64,000 nt of DNA from NCBI GenBank assembly GCA_965198115.1, contig OZ240241.1:4256001-4320000 (forward strand), in the 5' to 3' direction. Position numbers and translations under genes: made by a program. A model generated the notes under the pieces. The model had not been told where the DNA came from. It worked only from the letters and a program-made list of their open reading frames with translations, and searched no databases. Within the stretch, counting starts at the first letter, position 1, and every line of letters begins with the position of its first letter. This stretch comes from Candidatus Latescibacterota bacterium (GTDB lineage: Bacteria > Latescibacterota > UBA2968). Below, piece after piece: positions 11,432-21,797 of the stretch.

Positions 11432-11977
11432 TCAGCCCCGCTTCGAGGCATCCGCGGCCTCAACGAGATCCCAGAACGATGGAATCGGTGGATTCTCATC
11501 TTCCTCACGCACCGTCACGACCTCAAACCCCCGGGCTTCGTAGTTCGCTCTGGCCCTTGGATGGTCTTGCGAGCACGTCGACAGCCAGACTTTCTTCGAA
11601 GTCAGCTCCCACGCCCTCTTGACAGCCGCGGTCAGAAGCTGGCCTCCGAGTCCCTTGCCGATGAAGGCCGGGGCGAGCCCCATCCTTTTGATTTGAACCT
11701 CCTCTGAGGACAACAGGGTCAGCTCCACGTACCCCACAGGTGTTCCCTCGTGCAATGCCAGCCACATCTCGAACCCGGGCTGGTTCACGTAGGCATCCCA
11801 CTCCTGCTCACCCCATCCGTCTCGTCCTCCCCATTGCCAGGGATGTCCCACGAGCGTGTGAAAAAATTTGGACAGTTCGCCATAGGGGTGTGCGACACGC
11901 TCGACTTGCAGATGACCAGCGCCACCCGGCCTGAATGCATCCTCGCTGTCCATTTCCATCCTGTAGACCGTCTTCAT
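11432..11977 (-). CDS. GNAT family N-acetyltransferase
   Basis: MGLAPAFIGKGLGG; WLSTCSQDHPRARANYEARGF. Confidence 0.88.
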   Translation of the reverse strand: MKTVYRMEMDSEDAFRPGGAGHLQVERVAHPYGELSKFFHTLVGHPWQWGGRDGWGEQEWDAYVNQPGFEMWLALHEGTPVGYVELTLLSSEEVQIKRMGLAPAFIGKGLGGQLLTAAVKRAWELTSKKVWLSTCSQDHPRARANYEARGFEVVTVREEDENPPIPSFWDLVEAADASKRG

Positions 11978-12016
11978 CCCTCTCCTTTCTCCTTAGTCAC
12001 TGTCCTCAGGACCGAG

Positions 12017-13393
12017 GAGCTACAATCAATAGGTGTGGAAAAATAGAAAAGGCGACCCTACACTTCCCGTGAGATAACAATATCCACGAAATACCGGGTT
12101 CACAGGCCCGGTGGGAAGGAGGATCGCCGTGGGAAAACATAAGTCGAAGTCCCCCTCGTTGTCCATGCCGACGTGGGAAACCCTTGAGGGGTGGTTGCGT
12201 AAGGAAATCGAGGTTCGCATTCAGTCCATCGTTGAGGAGGAAGTGACCCAGTTCCTCGGACGCGGGTGGTATGAGCGCAAAGAAGCCGTAGATGCAGGAT
12301 CCGGTTATCGCAACGGCTATGGGAAGCTGCGGCGATTGTCGACCTCTTGCGGCACGATCCAGATCAAGCGGCCCCGTGTTCGCGGTTTGGAGGAGCGCTT
12401 CGAGAGCAGGATTCTGCCGTTGTTCGCTCGGCGCACGAGAGAGGTGGGGGAACTGCTCCCGGAGCTCTATCTCCACGGTCTGTCTCAGGGCGACTTCGAG
12501 TTGGCCCTGCGAGGGCTTCTCGGTGATGGGGCTCCGCTCTCCCCCTCGTCGATTGCTCGCCTCCGCGGTCAATGGGAGGTTGATTACCAGACCTGGCAGG
12601 AACGACGCCTGGACGATCGTGAGCTCGTGTATGCCTGGGCCGATGGGATCTACGTCAAAGCCGGACTTGAGAAAGATAAGGCGTGTCTGCTTGTCGTGAT
12701 CGGCGCCATGAGTGACGGCCGCAAAGAGGTTCTGGGCCTGGTGCCTGGGTATCGCGAGTCGACCGAGTCCTGGCTGGCTGTCCTTAGAGACCTACGGGAT
12801 CGCGGCTTGGATCACCCCATTCTGATGGCGGCCGATGGCAATATGGGCATCTGGTCTGCCGTCGATCAGGTCTGGCCGCACACCCGTCAGCAGCGGTGCT
12901 GGAACCACAAGATTCTCAACGTCCCGGACCAGATCCACAAACGTCAGCAGCCTCAAGCTCGTGCACTGCTCGTCCAGATTCCCTATGCCAGCACGCGTCA
13001 GGATGCGGAGAAGCTGCGCAAGCAGTTCGTCGCACGATATCGCAACGAGTTCCCGAAGGCGGTGGCAACACTCGAACGGGATTGGGATAGGATGCTCACC
13101 TTCTTCGATTTCCCAGAAGAACACTGGCGCCACCTGAGAACGACCAACATCGTCGAGAGCCCCTTTGCATCCGTGCGGTTACGAACCAACGCCGCCAAAC
13201 GCTACAAGAAGGTCGTCGCGGCAAGCGCTCTCATCTGGCGAACACTGATGGTCGCCGAGAAACGCTTCCGGCGACTCAATGCACCCCATCTGTTACACGT
13301 TGTTTATGCACAGCACAACCAAACTATGACCACAATCGACTCCGGGAAGAAGCTGGCCGCCTGATCTATTTACACACCTCTTGACTCGACCTC
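12017..13393 (+). mobile_element. IS256 family insertion sequence
   Basis: Imperfect terminal IRs (GAGCTACAATCAATAGGTGTG vs GAGGTCGAGTCAAGAGGTGTG). Exact 8-bp target duplication GGACCGAG at 12009-12016 and 13394-13401. Confidence 0.93.
12111..13364 (+). CDS. IS256 (Mutator) family DDE transposase
   Basis: GYRNGY, WADGIY, AADG, QRCWNH, RTTNIVES; intact frame (true start possibly GTG 12129). Confidence 0.95.
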   Translation: MGRRIAVGKHKSKSPSLSMPTWETLEGWLRKEIEVRIQSIVEEEVTQFLGRGWYERKEAVDAGSGYRNGYGKLRRLSTSCGTIQIKRPRVRGLEERFESRILPLFARRTREVGELLPELYLHGLSQGDFELALRGLLGDGAPLSPSSIARLRGQWEVDYQTWQERRLDDRELVYAWADGIYVKAGLEKDKACLLVVIGAMSDGRKEVLGLVPGYRESTESWLAVLRDLRDRGLDHPILMAADGNMGIWSAVDQVWPHTRQQRCWNHKILNVPDQIHKRQQPQARALLVQIPYASTRQDAEKLRKQFVARYRNEFPKAVATLERDWDRMLTFFDFPEEHWRHLRTTNIVESPFASVRLRTNAAKRYKKVVAASALIWRTLMVAEKRFRRLNAPHLLHVVYAQHNQTMTTIDSGKKLAA

Positions 13394-13446
13394 GGACCGA
13401 GGCCGAGGCTACACTGTCCCCTTAGGGTTAACTGCCATCAGGACGT

Positions 13447-14295
13447 TCATTTCACCGTCTGATAATGCCTTGATTTCTGAGCCCACATCGGATAGTGATC
13501 GTGGATCTCGACGTCGGGAAGGGGCTTTCCGAGCGGCTGCGGAGGCACGCGAAAAGGTCCACGGTTGCCCACGACATCGCACAGCGTGTAGCGCAGCCCC
13601 ATAGACCTCAGCAGGCGCGCGGACGGAATGTTCCACGGCGACGTCCGAGCGAGGATCAGACCGCCCTGCTCCAGGATCCAACGACAGGCTGCGGTCATGA
13701 CCGCACGACCCAACCCGCGCCGACCTGACCCGGGTGCGACATCGACGCCGATCTCGTAGACCGGCGGTGTGAGTGACTGAACGGATGTCATCGCGATCAG
13801 CCGGTCGTCGTCAAGCACGCCAAAGTTCGCCGACGCCGATTCCCAATAGCAGTGCCAGAAAATTTTCTCATCGACGGCGCGACGCACCTCCTCCTTCGAC
13901 AGGGCGGCGACATCCTGATCATCGACCGGTCGAAGCGTTTCCGCATTGCCGAAATAGTAGAGGTTCGGCCCCCAAACACTCACGCCGTGCGGCAAAGTCA
14001 CGCGCCCCAGTTCATAGGTTCCCAGAATCGAGAAAAGCTCGTCGTCCGAAAGACCCAGCGCGACACGTTCGATGTCCGATCGCCACCCCATAGGGATTCT
14101 CATCATCGACCGATCGCCGATCCGATACGCGAGCAGCGGTTCGGCGTGGGCGTCTGCATCGGCCTCGTAGATCCCGGGCTCGAGTGCGCACCCGAGTGTG
14201 GCGACCAACCACTCGGCCAAACCGTTAAATGTGGAGATTTCTGCTCTCAAAGATGAGCCCCTTTCCCTTGTCGTCAGAGGTTTCACAAGACACAT
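13447..14295 (-). CDS. Protein with C-terminal GNAT domain (start uncertain)
   Basis: EIGVDVAPGSGRRGLGRA...NIPSARLLRSMG. Confidence 0.7.
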   Translation of the reverse strand: MCLVKPLTTRERGSSLRAEISTFNGLAEWLVATLGCALEPGIYEADADAHAEPLLAYRIGDRSMMRIPMGWRSDIERVALGLSDDELFSILGTYELGRVTLPHGVSVWGPNLYYFGNAETLRPVDDQDVAALSKEEVRRAVDEKIFWHCYWESASANFGVLDDDRLIAMTSVQSLTPPVYEIGVDVAPGSGRRGLGRAVMTAACRWILEQGGLILARTSPWNIPSARLLRSMGLRYTLCDVVGNRGPFRVPPQPLGKPLPDVEIHDHYPMWAQKSRHYQTVK

Positions 14296-14372
14296 TGGTG
14301 ACTACGATCACGATATTGCAACCGAGCCGACCTGGCAACACCGCAAGCCCACCGTCAAGACTTGGAAAACGT

Positions 14373-15988
14373 ATGCTCTACAACGGTATCGCCCTGGCGG
14401 ATCCCTGGCCCCCGCACAACGTCGTCGAGGCATCCGCCGAACCGCTCACCATCCCCTATCTGGAAGACCCGCCGGATCTCATTCCCATCGACGATGGGCG
14501 CCAGCTGTTCGTAGACGACTTCCTCGTGGCATCTTCGACGTCCGGCGCACGTATCACAAGCCAACCCTACATCAGGCGAGTCCGGTCCTCGTTCCCGAAA
14601 CCGGCGAAGAAATGGACGACGGTTACTGCCCGATGGCGGCGCCTTTCAACGACGGGATCTGCTACGACCCGGAAGACGGTCTCTATAAGCTGTGGTATAT
14701 GCCCGGCTGGTTTCACGGAACGGCCCTGGCCACGAGCGAAGATGGCATCCACTGGACGCGGCCCGACCTCGACGTCGTACCCGGCACGAACATCGTCTGG
14801 GGCGAGCCGGGCGGTAACAGGACGGACAATCGCGACGGCTGTCTCGTCTGGCTCGACCACGATACAGAGGACCCGGCCGAGCGATTCAAGATGTTCCAAT
14901 ATTACCGTCACATACAGCACGACGGTTCAACGCTCAGCGAGGGAGGCCTCCACGTGTCGGCGGACGGCGTTCACTGGAGTAAGCCGGTTATTACGCCGAC
15001 CGTGGGTGACAACACGAGCTACTTCTACAACCCGTTCCGCAAGAAGTGGTGTATGAGCATTCGGCACGGAATTGCGAGCCTCGGGAACCAGCGTGCCCGG
15101 TGGTATCAGGAACGGGACCGGTTCCTGGATACCTGGTCATCGGACGATGAAGTCTTCTGGCAGCGGGCGGATCGTCTCGACCTCGCAGATCCCGCGCGGC
15201 CCGACCATCGGGTTGCACTCTACGATCTCAACGTCACAGCCTACGAGAGCTTGATGGTCGGGGCGTTTGCCATCTTTCGCGGACCCGAGAACGACATCTG
15301 CGCCAAGGAGGGTGTCCCGAAGACGATCGATCTCGAGCTGGGTTACAGTCGCGACGGCTTCCATTTCTCGCGTCCCGATCGATCTCCCTTCCTCGCGTCG
15401 AGTCGTCAGAACGGCGACTGGAATCGGGCCTACCTCCACGCGTGCGGCGGTCTCTTTACCGTCGTCGGCGACGAACTTCGCTTCTATTTCGCCGGTTTCT
15501 CCGGAGAGTCCCCGAGGCTCGGGCCAACCGACGAGGGACCAGGACGCGGCCGCCGCGTGATGTACGCTGGAGCGAGCACCGGGTTGGCCACCCTCAGACG
15601 CGACGGCTTCGCTTCGATGGATGCGGGCGACGAAGAATCTGAGCTGCTGACCCGCCCGGTCCGATTCGAGGGAGTCAGGCTCTTCGTGAATACCGAATGC
15701 GAATCGGACGGAGAAATACGCGTGGAGGTCTGCGACAAAGCAGGCGATGCGGTCGAGAATCTGAATTCGGAGAGGTGCAACCCGATTCGGAAGAGCACCA
15801 CAAGGGGCGAGATCAAGTGGAACGATGGCAACCTGGGTTCGGTCACAGACCGGGACGTGCGTTTGAGATTCCGGGGGAGAAATTGCCGTCTATACAGCCT
15901 TTGGGTCACATCTGATCGTGAGGGCAAGAGTGGAGGCTATGTGGCAGCCGGCGACCCGGGATTCGGCGATGGCAAAGACGTGCCATAA
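14373..15988 (+). CDS. GH32/GH43-like five-bladed beta-propeller glycoside hydrolase, frameshift near 14537
   Basis: MLYNGI...GRQLFVDDFLV continues after an indel into repeated S-x-DG-x-HW Asp-box motifs and LATLRRDGFAS. Confidence 0.72.
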
Positions 15989-16040
15989 AAGGATTGGGGC
16001 GAAGCCGTCGCTATCGTCCCCTGTCTACCGTCCACTGTCC

Positions 16041-16865
16041 TTACTTTTCCACCATCGCCTTCAGTTTCTTCAGCCCTGTCTCCGCCGCCCACGCCGGCCC
16101 CCGGTCCCAATAGCTCTGATTGAACAACTCCAGCGAAAGCATCCCGTCGAAGCCGATCCGATTCAGACTCTCGACGATCTCAGTCCACGGCGCCATTCCG
16201 TCTCCCGGAAACACGCGATCTGCATCCGTGACGTCTTCACGCCCGGGTGACGCCGGATAGTCGTTGACGTGCACGAGACCAAGACGGCCATCGCCGAAGT
16301 GCTCGAACCCGTGGTGATGTCCGCTGCCCTTGTACATATGAAAAATGTCCGCGAGTAACCGGACATCCGAACGCCCGCATTCAGCTGCGACGAGCAACGC
16401 CTCCCCCGTCCTTCCCAGTGTCTTCGCGATGCCCCAGTATTCCAGCAAAGGCGTGACGCCGTAGCCCTTCGCGACATCGACCACCTTTGCGTATCGTTCC
16501 GCCACCTCGAAGATGTCGACCACACGATCGTGAATCCCTCGGGGTGGGGCCGCCAGAAAGGGGCACCCGAGCGTTCGTGCCATCGCAAGGCAGCGTTCGA
16601 GTTCCTCAAGTCCCGACTTACGCCGGTCTTCCTCGGGCACGGCCCATTCCGGAAACGCAATCAGGTTTACGATCTGAACTCCGCAGTCGTCCGCCTTCGC
16701 CCGTACCTCCTCGAGCGTCCCCCCTCGTTCCACGAAGTCATCCAGTTCACTCACCCAGGGCTCGATACCGTCGTAGCCAGCGCCGGCTGCTGTGCCGATC
16801 GTGTCGAGCGGCGTTGCCTCCTCTGACCGAATCGTACTCGTGTTCAGACAACATTTTAACGCCAT
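16041..16865 (-). CDS. Sugar phosphate isomerase/epimerase (AP endonuclease 2 TIM barrel)
   Basis: GYDGIE, LEYWG, DIFH, HVND, PGDG, SLELF. Confidence 0.9.
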   Translation of the reverse strand: MALKCCLNTSTIRSEEATPLDTIGTAAGAGYDGIEPWVSELDDFVERGGTLEEVRAKADDCGVQIVNLIAFPEWAVPEEDRRKSGLEELERCLAMARTLGCPFLAAPPRGIHDRVVDIFEVAERYAKVVDVAKGYGVTPLLEYWGIAKTLGRTGEALLVAAECGRSDVRLLADIFHMYKGSGHHHGFEHFGDGRLGLVHVNDYPASPGREDVTDADRVFPGDGMAPWTEIVESLNRIGFDGMLSLELFNQSYWDRGPAWAAETGLKKLKAMVEK

Positions 16866-16932
16866 ACCGTTCCTCGACTTTCGATCTTCGATTCAACGTG
16901 GATCAATTTCTCAGAACATTCGTCTGGTTTTC

Positions 16933-17702
16933 CTACAAAACCACTTGCACAAAGACCATTAGGCAGAACCCTGTCAGAAACGCCCAGGCGACCTCGTAGG
17001 AAGAGCGCTTGTCGAGGGCATCCGGTATCAGTTCCCCAACGACCAGAAAGATCATCGCTCCAGCTGCAAGTCCCAGCAGCGGGACCATCAGCGGATGGAA
17101 AAACCAGACCATCAACGTAGCGGGTACCGCGGCGACTGGTTGCGGAACGCTCGTAAGGAAGGCGGCAACGGCGCACCGAAGAATGCTCGCGCCCCGGGCC
17201 CGCATCGGGATCGCCACCGCTAGCCCTTCGGGAATGTTGTGGATGGCGATCGCCAGTGCGATGTTGCTGCCGAGGTTGTCCGCATCCGCAACGAGCTCTT
17301 CGGAGGCGTATCCCACACCCACCGCGATCCCTTCGGGGACGCTGTGGAAAGACATCGCCACGAAGATCAGGATCTCCCGACGAGATCCAAAGGATTTCAC
17401 ACGATCCAGTCGCTCCTCTGTGAGGGCTCTGTCCAGAATCCACAGAAATCCACCACCGGCCAGGACGCCCCGAGCAATTTCAAGACAGGCAAGACCGATT
17501 GCCCGTGGCTTCCAAGGGTCAGCCCCGGGAGGATGAGATTGTAAACAGAGGCTGAGAACATCAGCCCCCCGGCAAAACCGTAACCCAGACCTACGCGGTT
17601 CTCCAGATCGATCGTCTTGAAACATAACGGCAGGGCGCCAAGACCGCACGCCAGACTCGCCGCCATCCCGGCGACGAAGCACTCGACAAGGAATGAGTTC
17701 AT
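16933..17702 (-). CDS. ZIP family divalent metal transporter (ZupT-like), frameshift in a G-run near 17470
   Basis: GFAGGLMFSAS; FHSVPEGIAVG; IHNIPEGLAV; strong RBS GGAGGAGG before ATG 17702. Confidence 0.88.
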
Positions 17703-17935
17703 TCGGTCCTCCTCCTTGTAGAATAGCCCTACCGCTCCGCCCGTCAACCCATAACCCATTGTTTTTATGTAATTTGAATACGTAAACATCTGTTTGCCTC
17801 GAACGCCGTCTGTTTGGTCTGCAAAACAGAAGGCGCCGACTATTTCAGCCGACGCCTCGATATCGTCAATGCCACCTCGGAAAAGCAACTCCCACACATC
17901 TCGCTATCTGCATGACTCCCGGTATGCAGTGGTAC

Positions 17936-18739
17936 TTAAAACAGGGCTGATGAAAACGCCCGCCGACGCGATTTCGTCGTTTCGTGATGTTCGCCCAACA
18001 ATTTGAAAAGGGCGATACAAGCGCGGCGGGGACCATCGTCGTCGATCTCGCGGTGGCCGTTCGCGATCGCCTCGATCCACCGATCGAGCGCCGTGTCGTA
18101 GTCCCCTTGAACAAGTGCTACGTTCCCCTCGCCGTAGAGCTTCCACCCGCCCGATTCCGCAGCGTCAGGCAGCCCGGCCAGCCGACCCAGCGTGCGAATC
18201 GCATCCGCATCTTCGAATGCCGGATGGCCTTCATCGATCGACTCGACTAACGCCGCGGCCCTCTCCGGATCATCCGCGAACGTCAATCGGGCAAGCCGCA
18301 CCGCAAGGTCTATTTGGTCAGGATCGCCCTGATGGAGGGATTCCAGGATGGAACGAGCCTGATCCACCTGCCCGGCTTCGATCAGGTCATCGATCCGGGC
18401 AACCGCGTCCTTGCCGGCCGACGGTAAATGGTCGTTCAGCCACTGCTTCACCTGCGGTTTGGGCAATGCTCCCGTAAATTCGCCAATCACCTCGCCCTGA
18501 TAAAAGAGCTTGCAAGCCGGGATCCCACGCACCTGAAACGCCTGCGCGGTTTCCTGATTTTCGTCGACATTCACTTTGACGAGACACCACGCACCATCGC
18601 CCTCCGCCACCAGCTCTTCCAAAACGGGCCCGAGTGCACGGCACGGCCCACACCATTCCGCCCAAAAGTCCACCAGCACGGGCACATCTGCGCTCGCCTC
18701 GATCACATCCTTTTCGAACAACGTGAACACCGCTTCCAT
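17936..18739 (-). CDS. Thioredoxin-TPR chaperedoxin (YbbN/CnoX-like)
   Basis: VDFWAEWCGPC and GIP motifs; C-terminal helical domain ending RRAFSSALF. Confidence 0.9.
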   Translation of the reverse strand: MEAVFTLFEKDVIEASADVPVLVDFWAEWCGPCRALGPVLEELVAEGDGAWCLVKVNVDENQETAQAFQVRGIPACKLFYQGEVIGEFTGALPKPQVKQWLNDHLPSAGKDAVARIDDLIEAGQVDQARSILESLHQGDPDQIDLAVRLARLTFADDPERAAALVESIDEGHPAFEDADAIRTLGRLAGLPDAAESGGWKLYGEGNVALVQGDYDTALDRWIEAIANGHREIDDDGPRRACIALFKLLGEHHETTKSRRRAFSSALF

Positions 18740-18886
18740 CTCGAACCTCCAGCCTTTGATCAGCGTAGCCGCGATCAGAGGACATATGGTATGGCAAAAA
18801 ACGAATCGGGTGTTGAGGCTTTTCTCGCTGAACTGTTTCTCAATCTCTGAATCGAAGCAATAGGAACATCGGTCAACGGTGTGGCA

Positions 18887-20272
18887 CTAAGTTGGCCGAG
18901 TCCGGAACAGGGTCACTGCGAGCAGAAAGACAGCGGCGGCCCCGATTGGCCCTGACAGACCGAACAATGCAGATTGGACCGAAGGCGATACCAGGTGGTC
19001 CAGATAACCACCCTGTAGGAGAGGGCCAATCCGAAACAGGACCGCCACGGTCCACACGAGCGTGGCCGGTCCGACCAATCCGGGAACCCCCACGGCTCGA
19101 GCGTGGACGAATCCTGGAATCATGCGCGGGGCCATACCGAACAGAAGCGTCGTCAGAAACCCTGCCACGTAAGTGTGGCGGAGGGCGTCAGCGTCAACCC
19201 ACAGGGTGTGGCCGGCGCACGTTTGAAAACCCGTCAGAATCTCGAGAACGACCCCGATCAACAACCAGACGTAAGCAAGGTAGAGCGCGAGCTCGAAGCG
19301 CCCGTATTCTCCTCGATCCGGCAGACCGGCGCGGGTCGCCTCAGGCCCACCGCTCGCTTGTGCCAGGCGACCGACTGTCCACGGCGGTCTGAGACGGAAA
19401 AGCACATCGAGCTTCCAAATAAAATAGAGTAGAACGGCACCCTTGGTCACGTGACCGATCCCCGTTAGCCCCTCGTGCTCGAGGCTGGGAACGATTCGGT
19501 GTACCAAAACGACCATCGCCGCTCCGACATACACGAACGACGCCTTCGGTACGGACCAGTGGATCGGAGGCAATCGGAGATAAAGAGGGAAAGTCCGGAC
19601 AGAAAAGGCGAGCGCAACGGGTACGAGCGTCAGCCCTACAAAGAGGTCGATGGAAATCCTATTCCAGGTCAGATCGACCACCGCTGCCCCATCGCGAGCA
19701 GCCTCCCAAGAAATCGCCCCGTTGATGACCCCGTAGCTCAGCCATCCCGCCAACGCAGCGACGAGGAGCGGACGGACGGCAGCAAGGGCAGACCGCTGGT
19801 CGGAAGCGTGCAGAACGACGAAGATGGCAGTTCCGACGTAGATGACGATCGCAACCAGCGTCACAAAACCCGATAGGCCGATCACGAAGGGACCCGCACC
19901 GCCATCGGCGCCCAGGCCTGCGGTCGTCTGACCGATCGTGCGAGTCACCACACCTGCGAAAAGCATTCCCACCGCCCACGGCACGACGGCCGGTCGAGGA
20001 AGCGGAACGGCTGCGAGCCTCGGCACGAAGTAAAGACTGACGCCCACGATGAATAGCCCAAGCCACCCGATCAGTTGCGCGTGCCCGTGCGCTTGTAGCA
20101 CGGGAAGCCACCACGTGCCGACAGACAGCCCGAAGCCGACGTGGGCCGATAGGATGGCCGCGAAACCGAACCCGGCCGTCAGGGCAATAGCTGTGGCCGC
20201 CGTGACAGCTGCGAACCCGAAATTCGCATATTCCCCGGCGTGCCCACGCGTGTTCACTTTCCTCTGGCTCAC
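18887..20272 (-). CDS. NnrS-like multi-pass membrane protein
   Basis: QAHGHAQLIGWLGLFIVGV, ALRH...GMAPRMIP; about 12 hydrophobic segments. Confidence 0.7.
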   Translation of the reverse strand: MSQRKVNTRGHAGEYANFGFAAVTAATAIALTAGFGFAAILSAHVGFGLSVGTWWLPVLQAHGHAQLIGWLGLFIVGVSLYFVPRLAAVPLPRPAVVPWAVGMLFAGVVTRTIGQTTAGLGADGGAGPFVIGLSGFVTLVAIVIYVGTAIFVVLHASDQRSALAAVRPLLVAALAGWLSYGVINGAISWEAARDGAAVVDLTWNRISIDLFVGLTLVPVALAFSVRTFPLYLRLPPIHWSVPKASFVYVGAAMVVLVHRIVPSLEHEGLTGIGHVTKGAVLLYFIWKLDVLFRLRPPWTVGRLAQASGGPEATRAGLPDRGEYGRFELALYLAYVWLLIGVVLEILTGFQTCAGHTLWVDADALRHTYVAGFLTTLLFGMAPRMIPGFVHARAVGVPGLVGPATLVWTVAVLFRIGPLLQGGYLDHLVSPSVQSALFGLSGPIGAAAVFLLAVTLFRTRPT

Positions 20273-20423
20273 CTGCGAAAGGTAGCCCGCGGACTAACCC
20301 TGTCAATACGCTTGTCGCTCAGACATCCACTCGCCCGTACAGGCAAAAACCGCCCGAAGTGATCGGAGGCGGTCTGTGCATTTTTCACTTTTCAATCTGA
20401 CTTCTGCGAAGACTACGTCTCCA

Positions 20424-21566
20424 TCACCGTACTCGACGCTTACGCCCTTTGAGAGCGTCCGGTGAAACACGTGGAGCAATGAAGTTCAGGATCGTCTCCA
20501 GACTCTCCCTGGACTTTTTCAAGAACTTGAATCGAACCAGGTCGCGGTCCACCGTCGTCGCGCGGGCCAGCCACCCGGCCAGAAAGGAGGGGCCCTCGGC
20601 GCCCGGCTGAATCCGAATCAGGTCCCCTTCCCCCATCGTCGTGGGGCTTTCTACCACCAGCCCGCTCCCGCTCTGTTCGACCAACCGCACAGGAATTTCT
20701 TCCAGGTTCTCGAATTTGTCGAACAACTCGTCCGAAGGGATCTCGCGTCCATACGTGGAAGTGGGTAAGTGCGTTACCGTAACGGCCACATCCAGATCAC
20801 AGCTGAAGATCTTTCGATCTTCGTTGTATATCAGTTCGTCCCCGTGTTCCAGAACCAGGTAGGCGTGCGGACGAGTATACTCCTTCATAATCTGTGTGCT
20901 GAACCGACATTCACCGCCATACGGCGACCAGAAAAATGCCCAGACAGGATGTCGAGGCCGAAACCGAACAATGCGCTTGCCCTCTTGGAAGGGCTCCGTG
21001 TAAATCGCCAGGTCGTTGAGTTCGAGGATCTCGGCCGAAAGTAGACGAAACCCCGATCCACCACGGGCCAAGACGAACAGCTTCTGACCGAGCATAAGGT
21101 GCCGCGTGTTCCTGGGTCGACGATCCTCGGAAATATACCGGAAGCCCACCTTCTCTCGCACGGCTGCGATCCGGTCGACGGCGTCTTCCATCTCCAACCA
21201 CGGCAGCTTTCGTGCACGCCGGATGTAGGCACGTGCCGCGTTATCGAACCCATCGAGCGAAGAAAGAACCGTCGCCGGATTGAGATCGGGCACGGCCTCG
21301 GCCATCGACTCGACCAGCCTGTTCTCCATCGGATCGAACGCATTCTGATCCGCCAGCTTTTGTAGCTGATCGAATCCCCTCAGGGTGCGCTCTCTACGTC
21401 GGATACGCTTGCGCACGGTGTTGACCACGAGGGGAATGAGCACCAACAGAACCAACACGATTCCGATATACAGAACCGCCTGCACAGTCGGATCCTCACG
21501 ATCCTGTAGCTTCGACAGAACAGGCGCGAATCCTTCGACTTTCAGGAGCACGAACGAAACCACGTG
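20424..21566 (-). CDS. Membrane-anchored hypothetical protein, possible degenerate PilZ-like C-terminus (start uncertain)
   Basis: Single N-terminal TM; EDRKIFSC and EQSGSG resemble decayed RxxxR and DxSxxG motifs. Confidence 0.55.
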   Translation of the reverse strand, partial: HVVSFVLLKVEGFAPVLSKLQDREDPTVQAVLYIGIVLVLLVLIPLVVNTVRKRIRRRERTLRGFDQLQKLADQNAFDPMENRLVESMAEAVPDLNPATVLSSLDGFDNAARAYIRRARKLPWLEMEDAVDRIAAVREKVGFRYISEDRRPRNTRHLMLGQKLFVLARGGSGFRLLSAEILELNDLAIYTEPFQEGKRIVRFRPRHPVWAFFWSPYGGECRFSTQIMKEYTRPHAYLVLEHGDELIYNEDRKIFSCDLDVAVTVTHLPTSTYGREIPSDELFDKFENLEEIPVRLVEQSGSGLVVESPTTMGEGDLIRIQPGAEGPSFLAGWLARATTVDRDLVRFKFLKKSRESLETILNFIAPRVSPDALKGRKRRVR

Positions 21567-21746
21567 GCCTTCCCGCAAATGATGGATCGTCGCAGCAAGA
21601 TGACCGCTTGCTCCTTTTAAATATAGGGCACTTCGAATCCTGTGACTATACGACGGCTCACAGGCGTACCGAACTGGATTGATGAAAGAGCACCGCACAG
21701 AAGCGATGTTCGGACTCTCCGCTCTTGGGGGAGACGGCGAAAAGAG

Positions 21747-21778
21747 AAAGGGCGTCCACGACTACGTGGACGCCCTTT
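21747..21778 (-). terminator. Intrinsic terminator of the giant surface-protein gene
   Basis: AAAGGGCGTCCACG-ACTA-CGTGGACGCCCTTT perfect 14-bp stem. Confidence 0.85.
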
Positions 21779-21797
21779 TCAAACAAGATGATGAAAG

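Noticed and set aside
17703-17935. yybP-ykoY Mn riboswitch before the ZIP transporter
   Set aside because: Hairpins exist, but the GGGGAGUA/CAAUAC core is not on the coding strand, and a TTGACG-N16-TATTCT promoter lies right at the RBS.
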